From: an uncultured Planctomycetia bacterium
Lineage (GTDB): Bacteria > Omnitrophota > Gorgyraeia > Duberdicusellales > 4484-171
Length of the DNA stretch: 64,000 nt
Direction: 5' to 3'
Assembly (NCBI GenBank): GCA_964489445.1
Contig: CAZAYU010000003.1
Span: forward strand, 134,715-198,714
Shown in pieces: positions 62,501 through 64,000 of the stretch; the first letter of the stretch is position 1; every line of letters starts with the position of its first letter. The position numbers and the translations under genes were made by a program. Below the pieces are notes generated by a model. The model saw only the letters and a list, made by a program, of their open reading frames with translations. It ran no database searches and was not told the DNA's origin.

Positions 62501-64000
62501 AATCTCAGATCTGTAATCGGGAAAGGTGCGCTTGCAAAAAACAACGCGCCGACGAATAAAAGAGCTGTACCTGGAACCGGAATAGATGTATCAGGAGAAG
62601 ACAGAGAATTAAGCTCATTGTCCGTTAATAATATAAATAACGGCAAAGATTTATCAAATAAGCCAGAAGGGCTTAGAGAACGTATTCATCAATTATCTAG
62701 TGGGTTGAAAGAAACCCTCAATTCTTGTGCTCCGCCTTTAGAAAAAGGCGAAAATTCTATTTTACTGTCTTCAGCAATCATTAATACTTCTTCTAGCTCT
62801 ATAGTCAATAATGATAAATCTGGATCAGTTGACCCTTTACTAGGCAAAGAAACCGTGCCTTCTAATAATTTACAAACGGAACAATTGCGAGGCATAACTA
62901 AAAAACTCAACAAGGGTATTCATTATATGCAGGCACGAATCTTTAGTTTAGAACGTTGGGCTCTTAGCACTGAACCGGACAAATATGAGATGGAAGAGAT
63001 AACGAAACTTATGAGTAATGATAAGTATGAGTTTGATCCGGCTAAAGAAGTAGTTTTAGCGCGCAGGGACTATTATGGAGCAATGGCAGTTACCAAGCAA
63101 AGATTAGAAGAAGAAATTAAGAAAATAAAAAGCGGAACAATATCCATTGAGGAACCGGTAAATTTAAAATTATTAATTAACAGCTGTGCCAAGTTTATTA
63201 TTTCCAGGGATAACTTAAAAAATATCGAGTTAGATGGGAAAGAAGAATTAGAAATTGCGGTAAACAAAGCTGTGTCTCTTTCGGCAAAAATTATAGCCGT
63301 TACCGAAGGGATAAAATTTTCAGTGAAGGAAAAAAGTGAGGGAGAAGATATTGAAGCTTCAAAGTTGTTACAAGAGGTACTTAGACGACTTGGTGGTTTA
63401 GAGAAAGAAGTCAAGAATACCAAAGCAATAGCAGAAGATACTAATAAGAGAATGGAAGATACCAGCAGGGAAGTAGAAAAACGAACAAAAAGAACTGAGA
63501 TAAAATTGGATATTGCGAATAAAAATATGAGTGAAATGAATAGGGAAGTAGAAGAACGAACAAGAAAAACTGAGATAAAATTGGATATTGCGAATAAAAA
63601 TATGAGTGAAATGAATAGGGAAGTAGAAGAACGAACAAGAAAAACTGAGATAAAAGTGGATATTGCGAATAAAAATATGAGTGAAATGCGGACTAAACAG
63701 CAGGAAAGTTTTGAAAATTGCTTAGAGGGAAGCTTGATAAGATTGGGTTTTGATAAAATCGCCGATAAAATAAAAAAGGCTAGAAAATTCGGCGCAAAGA
63801 TTAATATGTTAAAAATTGTCAGAATTTCTCGGAGAGCATTAAAAACATTTAGCTTTTCCAAAGAAAACTTGATTAAGTTAAGTGAAAATAATCCCGGCCT
63901 TTTAAATAAGCTGATCTTTATTGAACAGCAATCCGAAGGCATTCATCATGCTTTTAGTGTGAATAATGTCGATGAGCAGGGTGTTTGGGTTTTAAGCGAG
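41531..64000 (+). CDS. Giant protein, N-terminal 7490 aa. The ORF is open to the window end (3' partial). It has an N-terminal TM anchor, a C39/papain-like cysteine peptidase-like domain, Gly-rich regions, large tandem repeats, an HELGH zinc-peptidase-like motif and long coiled-coil regions
   Basis: No stop codon in frame from the ATG at 41531 (preceded by an in-frame TAA at 41528-41530) to nt 64000. Checked by hand translation; the frame is consistent at checkpoints (Cys codon 41909, HELGH at 59339-59353, last codon 63998-64000). No plus-strand ORFs are listed in the track for this 22.5 kb, and the track lists only closed ORFs. TM 'WIRTIALLVVFAFLHQNIVLGF'. 'KPCGTEALYDYLRNYG...IGHYVVV...CIDNG' resembles the peptidase C39 Cys/His arrangement. 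Confidence 0.8.
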   Translation, partial: MSIEQKHTGVFNEAQKERAKPWIRTIALLVVFAFLHQNIVLGFTGNNFFFQSQIMPQGPKAVLDISSSFLQEEAPEAVRNILNAVSSNPGISKIKFPSGKILDVNNKLNLTPQGIDQIYTLLKEKPCGTEALYDYLRNYGLSNSQTEVASILFSIDVLENSENLRIDPQSLQNSLYSLVHGAEFFGYQLTPIELKKPFPVFILQEFTPFIAHFKIGHYVVVRKIEDGKVFCIDNGMPAEYSLKKFLQDFSGYAAVANFKPFSFVKKVSLDKAKVIKGSRQGTNLRNWSQLANLDKIRQQVDDFRSDAQSKILKSMAIQAGISVVGSFASGFIKGAAGTVPKGATVATDLTTGGNYLVEGSVGARTFTEVGSFSHMVNSGWTNMASSFSSVGSGMVMGLSGSALCTGISGIGRAYDWDRGTTRIVSALSMGALYGGLQGFSGGGQYGMFGATVDAGWTGALKGAAAGVGYNLVRVPVGDYLAERFGENWDTVGYAIGGIAGDLAASSIMSGLNGDFTLGGKIEVDPNKGYGLGDHLYGQIGSWTEDLVTAGMQGLANELDLGNTWEAMFSFSGGFSRGLVDSQLNKQTSWHDGLMSGLEKGVYSMGVSYFENWMEDNIGGALGDWVKDSTMNRNMLANLATGTLAGGFYGLASDNDWNIPGMTQENKNLGWWNIATIPLDSVVEANQAMFSFGKSRLDSGQISFSKYLQNLTDVFIPKYDWQISREVRSQLKNYDYDKKLELANNFNQKGSLYEGKIFNSDGSINNKALSDAYGNFMVDQSLYPDMMENFLQAMDSMGAQYHHWNAVANLQKFASPIVQQSISSLTKYNAMDGNLGIVTNQAIEDLKGRDVFQSRTTVNGHQGFKYEEREYDEYGEYEMYIESKQTSNPYKEGSNLAGMLERYKDLDSGTESKDIRYEDGFVFYRLGEAYIDDKTMDFVFINTNHEQRNFNFNSIESFIGPVDKLLKAGHSANSITSLKSFGIDYVAISIFSNLKSATKFYGMKDVDWWFDEIMAVGEKKLGEYHYGNNSIKGNFWQTADQKGKLISFLSADAKMYDGANNQIGHALAGVARAGMPQLILFNQEKYNLSLSSSSNGLSRQIPVQGLMHVAEINNDLSVQKGSFISFDVNSVKQKDGKIKNELNPAIPSDFLSRLSNKDLGIESLKINEFGRHDWGNTFYTEGRYQLKYADKDVQITPRYTGFGEVGDTIKIGDKEIKFPVSTAYEVRVEYNKGITFKDIDRGKKQIDIFSIDSDNTDIAASVAARYSAPWISEVLNIKKAEPVFRPLAPNVDIKVFTSSEESGENIAENFSLVKSGFGLDGVNINGNIKKRLSGVLTGARDLVPEKVDASFYGNELKLDEQAKTKLPSQNYHPYAFKSENSPITVGNHLIRYADARSSWDMSVDNSGNFSSNVKLRIGGKVVVNNRIKSLSTQNRRIEALQGTDKVWAVYNSGLFPDMAGVINVGKGETINMVTSPKIPTFNNPKEKEALTEVPKDLLGNQIKILKPDNKPAANQYELIQERFDNNKDIMNVLNEGTHGSLRGVSRDERSAVNEFGDGAYVFYTDSSGVSGYTYNSIFDIQGDRPAYPHNYYFGYKDARVITRQGSSRVEFLPKFQNAVKSAYQKNKNTWKPAVYWQMVQDESTILNNNNIKLSGQKEEVKIPVSLVHQGALLHIDGRLAAVKKDFYQLPTALAEKSEDKQFYGDTAQGLFISGWTPQSVLKDVLNVKSQHKSSEQTGKNDIVKLKQTEKQLRTDANMISFSSETDKQKIEMALQNFSRQHFSGDVHAVIEGSVDTSQGNVVNLSTSYLLLGSFNNKERELVIRNQKPESSHLIPFQAGVPKGLKATFTPEKYENDVLNKTLTYSGKGNLPFAVFQSTPQGFAGGFFKVGRFGEVTEELLVPSQGLEALSINTSDLKKLPAYYSNVLSRAKAADNNAIAKGVLPLAVSFGAKDRVSVVLGMINGKKPGETFAVLYRGQWGGDNNLYGVGFVSTKKNGLILDRAIQDSDKQYVGKTEIDALYLGMKGYGTGGTDNFGMKADINRSQVWGRISGYSKQKKLIKEAATPKLKIHDNNLVEINFGLQKSILFDRDKAEFPVSRLNSIAQNLGIKLSGLETKDSLIRKIQGKLKITVDGVIGQNTKQAISKALSSGNSNFSQQIKQASSTGRSILNLDAQDDQEYGLLLKDSNLTMFLNPLTASGQPNVNFEDKLCVYDNAVWNIIDAGQMEKSKGEIVKFKPSNRSEWTTVLEGIKPGHLSPDKIKNSTFQIANRLRAGKGKVFFDVNGGVSFGADTTYSLTMDINKRNIAQTRPLGIVNDGLLALILEAEEMISGKDYDPSTQKWLKGAREKGLAQFKNQHKTEISLLSGKIQNKEKISAKEAQAIATQEILKRAGASHEDLKNLVYQVGAAAHTGDIAVGKTSAGITPLLDKENINPAIINGIEFSVIDRGKVWLSRLFESDGNQGIKASAQPVEIASFDIGDVIKWHGTEKISKQRVFTFSAGKDDVFLSFAQKKFKPEQTKKTQPSLKVTARLKGANSKDTTGQKIKKPNPAADDDGISFVREASASISPNAVSTSTPVGEQQQEIDNLKNKKKVIEGQLAYLQSQKSEAPIDRYNNQGPSYKEMNNRENELKAERQKIQTQIKELDAAEQPVAVAEANPSVNSANSSASPSLSSKAEALPVAKTKTNNTGLSLISPVDASTPVVATETTTSDLPVTAKDDTGLSLIPAASASIPPIVKGGASRSLNAEDNKPARLLPGVEKWLASDGVVEIEKRKVTIQPNKESVSATTNKKGSTISMSALINDAVNERLAIGDKKVESEKHEEAVSPVNTTVISTTVTPVSEEEVYKEGYVGRAKGFISSLFSGSNESQPQVVKEPYESMHDAVNRVMEEDTAGLSKEPPASVAIEKPKLAAPVVTTKTDPVDNNAGFSLVPPADASIPPSVVTGEDRVNNNGQTRRIDDPNSWKNSGTVGIKKREVTIKPNTEITSATDSNNKGSIINMSALIEDAVDEAIGDKKVEIEKHEEAVITVRTTITSTTVTPVSGEGYVERAKGFISSLFSGSNESQPQAIKKKYESIHDAVDRVMKEGDTAGLSKEPLALVAIEKPKSASLGAKTETYPAEKNTGFSLVSTVDASIPPSAVTGEDRVSNNGQTRRIDQDRWENSGTVEIKKREVIIQSNNKSTPATDSSPRESTFNFSAELDEAIKNIPNRSSNSFGQYKSTEPVVGKNNDEKVNQVVGESIEKTGIKSAPLSHIEIDHGAVRTLEGVSGSYELGGVKEGSLSSFVLFVNNGELAGAEWAYKIFPTLQGVNFNLPGQEKIAANSNSKPKFYNSGQSVNMQTANVQGVRIFNNVYANTGALEDGKYNLKKAFKLVVLPKERVEVGLSIQHLPEVLKAFAAGQINSSPRINNNVVVTYHVNSAGKQGEVNYGKVLGKVKDNQFTIYGNVGDLLSGTEQTLDDLLKRSGINGLDSSSQTALKGKDIEYEVINQAPYELESITAGGRKISRKTDKEFFEETISRKLGAGERVGNVLIDGLVQGILGGMVGLLLSPLADSTNRVVYRPSLLGDEAWGTTKRTWSWINKQLDFGLMGITGKEDLGKLAEMGFTPKRIELGKNSVPDEEQKKFVNNYHIKGIAAETLSGGVIEVMSEVKTPAEQSNISSRVEKEGGKEKASSNRQIKTTTANTNNKETTITHFIDNSWHLGRGEYSFNIEENQSGGFDIGSLNWESLGEIKVKAFGGHPFSELSGYSPKTEVLAIPTLGGFKNYIGEKTSVSLSFKGSIALISGVEGYRQFQAITTRGENQGWDALVSSNGQCALLNKGKIEAYVPDIEQVGTVVVVGKGKRFKITDTSGLFGRLDNTLGVVGNSVWGFLRLPMDVGSDLLYSPFRLLGLAKGEAFEFTKNGALASSETASKQFISIFTGKGLEKIKAGKDNSSKSREFNIVKKDGAYLIARKISENEAITFVVSPTKDLEVYTINKNRTLGEKTLDMTNPEEVQDYFKNYMGDKYIEGMGQRTEKNAETPTIAKAQKQAREHVIYITENGVIKEKTTLLNYLEKNTGQPFEQSLAGIGKLLSTRLTGKKVEFSDPAVKALIGYAILGKLVINPSLTAIPWVKINQGLITINADCAGSAFLFEQGIVKLIPEAVKQTVGNYLDVVTVPGHVFSGFYLDPALKGSKGYADFNKEEKKQIITFELARRDLPLVSNMASLEANEVYDAKKITLGFHPAFSSRKGGKGAGEENLLSPSADTNGLFPAIRVLYNNLAIESGRLGNQAAARQYLYLSGLNVNENDNIVLTANGLALNRGGDSVYLPALGGPEGGQIRVALGKDGKPEYYYQKGIEGLNVFSGESVVFTDNNGMVRKHSVVSNLAFPGEFGKKYGEFYKIISFDGKESSYIQKKEGESLQLNDEMLGTIIKEINKTHTIVVNPEVGLTAGLNNSDKLLTSIVVPNEILNEKVKGKARNQTGREIMDDLSVGQSSGDSGMSFIGKYWEKTKNGAHEICNRIGETSLYRMYFGESNEEEASRLVDSGEAINTYTGNRWIDNIFDYNGNNIYIIKDGKMAVIDGMNALMLGALLEKNNPQEYGIVNAALIRRDGMTNLEIGTDIVLLALTAIPLARIGIAGIKAGGGALLKVGFSKVGFGSVEKGFLESRLVGVIENTVSKKITNLLSEVSKGMTSVSLDGGKRKLAETVAANLPGGVSPARMISRNTLAAMGRSSLEHIVAPALSANVNLIGINMMMNVANGNDFFQGITLHSTMRTALVGIGFAGLIPSRNPALGIRSFQGYAKEVMMRQFIRVGSKKFSFKGYNGGIQGIGWAGQGVLRGAEQVFGISSDIREQFWTPLHIAATLWALSPTAAKDSMTAKGFLKDHIWDSMKSRKAYYFAGVPAGYLGLKYIQSKDYDLGMINFIKNDWMPELALMFAGLGGLKHIGSLKDGARSAGKKALETLRNPQAAVARGVAQVKNFRNSFSYSFFARKQLLQMGSVAQVLTVFNGTAKAAGLVVEGVMRTFGDWGEDNPLSGRNANTALGNIFGRRTGQKAWAVIPQSMAEGAVMGAGFGALMAVARPVLEPVMHRLPVISRAMRYWDRNYGNTLVGTQEFKWFGRMFKNRFMARFQSFFVEEHLKEELVASTLLRSVRFGGNSLEGHALNEFFQETITDFTGRFTITHLSRQLSFAIGEKGGKVIGIESEAWSKDAPMSKTQLADAINASYGRVKQHQIPNISTDKKLPDNLKLVIEFKDGSRQNIEVENSRDVGEALNTQHFKQQYRGESVDFLKKEIETGIGDRYSSKAHAAREVLLEQIAENDEDHIVRLANGENITFQTQTIDPVLFDIGNALSLVLAKNTSALQKLEALQKNSLSPWAFKDFGFSGSKARADQHLLFKRFTAQALYTQSILAEANALRNPTRSNEELYQALFSQHRQAKDEKEYYATYYKTLEKEGKDYWRGNAFTRLGLLGVGLKGYKDEYNYIHVIQPEKIKQANEALLSDVSLYAKKEIELKRQLRSLDNQNKLNKEQRKEKIEIERKIKALEWIQIDFNLDSSLTGEMEVSRQAVMKEIKDEKTRLSETFQVFTSTGRVRDFVKQGFKEFKRNEGGPLKVIKAFRVAYNNYYKALDPLKVVQQAYSRSKKHQFLFSGRDSEFLNQELDGFLGNEALGLLRNVNTQEDLSLNDIYQPKLFGEFDLFYNRLINQLTDKISDYEKEIADNSSDYQLLARRDKLEDIKTRLDKIDTKHIASVYDFAAVLDDALMPVTDKDIRTHAKALRMVAQERDNRINDREWLDSRLKEEIQTVNELRKGIEKLTAKEIKAQNKLSSGSEFRELVIEMESKGKNADEKEAMEININSMSSEKFFELAKKMYLENDASEIAKANAKLWEKRASNLVISIRETHDGSAKIIRESSGQYTLIMPHSRVEENLRSNGSSSFSLNDTGIYELEHELGHRYQYGLGVTMQESGTMNKTPQDEVLALTRDVANLSKNIKNNSNYRKTTFVNMIGAITGTNYLGDRLMEFIPLEEQEKIAQRIEKDILNIKKIRLSNLSTWRVPYVKLPWFKQSALEWGTKSGISGRIERVLRSNDGKLPSFAMQSSDPHSLFLPVQSNEQQDYILEDDRRFKEKMIEEIVFIRPKEDIKKILKMAKDNGIRIKTKYSLNKYIRKAASLGILGGEAIGAFNNERLENGKGIVYLPWGWKDNPFESRAILAHEVAEHALGDKNSENVMHDFVNLIDAVEQLERVDNKLKDTLEKARNYHRTGYDNLGKNLAKQAEENELADEQGKISGENLKKLRTLIDGVILRLENENVDYFQNPEAAIQKLKELKEKESVSLNELKILQITASDYYVATEIFAHYASEQYGYQSNKRVRAFIDRVQGHPEIQSMLDDRLSRLDISPSRRMHSKQKEIALIIGSDTSLAKKKGYASSYAGDSGGEADEEEIGQQELIDELRRMIEESKVIPEGNEASASSGISNSEAENLQAYKKTSNSGNFNKVLPAQKQDERSSSSIDSNKVAIEKMIKKQNSMHDQKQEIDNFLFGSQAGFSAKEVKTNEDNANSRLLSKGADSLFGSLSIGSNGTEAGDKGPSKKENVLKEVLSNLDIADESSAAPNVLNNGSDMKLLRANDVVRLSGKGFEYLVETDKTTGFKLRFNRGERPEIENISFDAAVQLPLKIKQGEMAVFKLTPEEAKLFMNGNFYTNELSTCTGVSLKGKYNDYSVLGIAHIPQGQISDDPLLPQKVFESVIDKSIDIGLTDINIGVYYFSGGESKTPFPSQEGLKQKYSEVKEIEVFDGYVPGKGGLKPVGMSFSDSNNKEFKASNGGAGGNNGSSSISSGRKGSTVASSSIPIEEDSAQRLPFDNSPFNSNANGQMPWIPASSSPVNPIGVNPMSSGSSLIFGKVIKGVRNAAEEFFCSSALAASPIEQAALKGASSSAYKASTGASGKNAGPSNMVSSAMSSGRIDQSKEDKIDKLFNKIARFTGNLRNFAESFPEFFKKLSENLRSVIGKGALAKNNAPTNKRAVPGTGIDVSGEDRELSSLSVNNINNGKDLSNKPEGLRERIHQLSSGLKETLNSCAPPLEKGENSILLSSAIINTSSSSIVNNDKSGSVDPLLGKETVPSNNLQTEQLRGITKKLNKGIHYMQARIFSLERWALSTEPDKYEMEEITKLMSNDKYEFDPAKEVVLARRDYYGAMAVTKQRLEEEIKKIKSGTISIEEPVNLKLLINSCAKFIISRDNLKNIELDGKEELEIAVNKAVSLSAKIIAVTEGIKFSVKEKSEGEDIEASKLLQEVLRRLGGLEKEVKNTKAIAEDTNKRMEDTSREVEKRTKRTEIKLDIANKNMSEMNREVEERTRKTEIKLDIANKNMSEMNREVEERTRKTEIKVDIANKNMSEMRTKQQESFENCLEGSLIRLGFDKIADKIKKARKFGAKINMLKIVRISRRALKTFSFSKENLIKLSENNPGLLNKLIFIEQQSEGIHHAFSVNNVDEQGVWVLSE
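49560..51100 (+). repeat. In-frame tandem repeats of ~588 bp (~196 aa), ~2.6 copies, within the giant gene
   Basis: E.g. 50082-50260 vs 50669-50850 are ~90% identical; the protein repeats read 'GLSLIPAASASIPP...' / 'AGFSLVPPADASIPPSVVTGEDRV...' / 'TGFSLVSTVDASIPPSAVTGEDRV...'. They generate the spurious antisense ORFs 49450-50997. Confidence 0.85.
63467..63691 (+). repeat. 75-bp (25-aa) in-frame tandem repeat x3 within the giant gene
   Basis: 'REVEERTRKTEIKLDIANKNMSEMN' x3 (63467-63541, 63542-63616, 63617-63691), nearly identical at the DNA level. Confidence 0.85.

Noticed and set aside
42592-63942. Numerous minus-strand ORFs (e.g. 49450-50130, 50137-50718, 55192-55746, 60949-61572, 63073-63942) lying inside the giant plus-strand ORF
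   Set aside because: They are antisense to a continuous, motif-rich plus-strand frame. Several simply mirror the internal tandem repeats, they have low-complexity Ser/Leu/Phe-rich translations, and none shows a recognisable domain.
1-64000. Search for rRNA, tRNA, tmRNA or a prepilin peptidase (TadV) gene
   Set aside because: No cloverleaf-like or rRNA-like conserved stretches were recognised by eye. No ORF with the A24 peptidase DxD...D motif or polytopic architecture was found in the window.

Overview
This is a low-GC (~35%) bacterial chromosomal segment with dense, mostly plus-strand coding. Gene content and style suggest an uncultivated, possibly symbiotic or predatory lineage; the combination of giant ORFs and Tad pili is reminiscent of Omnitrophota-like genomes, but that lineage guess is inference only.

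Layout, 5' to 3':
- 6..8141: C-terminal ~8.1 kb of a first giant multidomain gene, probably continuing upstream of the window.
- 8.2-22.3 kb: housekeeping block of queA, an EF-G-like GTPase, a G-domain-less YchF-like protein, purH, folC, mnmE, folE, a PduO-type adenosyltransferase, an AmmeMemoRadiSam-like radical SAM enzyme, an RsbW-like/STAS pair and mlaEFD.
- 23-39 kb: two parvulin PPIases followed by a complete Tad/Flp pilus locus. It contains CpaB, a secretin fused to a TonB_C domain, a CpaE-CpaF fusion ATPase, eight tandem Flp pilin paralogs plus a ninth downstream, TadE/TadG-like minor pilins, TadB and TadC.
- 39.06-40.9 kb: an IS200/IS605-like RAYT transposase element inserted at the tadC stop codon, a RelE/ParE-AbrB toxin-antitoxin pair and a GxxExxY gene.
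- 41531..64000: a second giant ORF, at least 7490 aa, that never reaches a stop codon inside the window.

The most notable signal is a twinned promoter plus leader that looks like a c-di-GMP-I (GEMM) riboswitch ending in an intrinsic terminator. One copy sits immediately upstream of the Flp pilin array and the other immediately upstream of the giant gene. This implies a co-regulated, second-messenger-controlled pilus plus giant-surface-protein module.

No rRNA, tRNA or CRISPR array was recognised.
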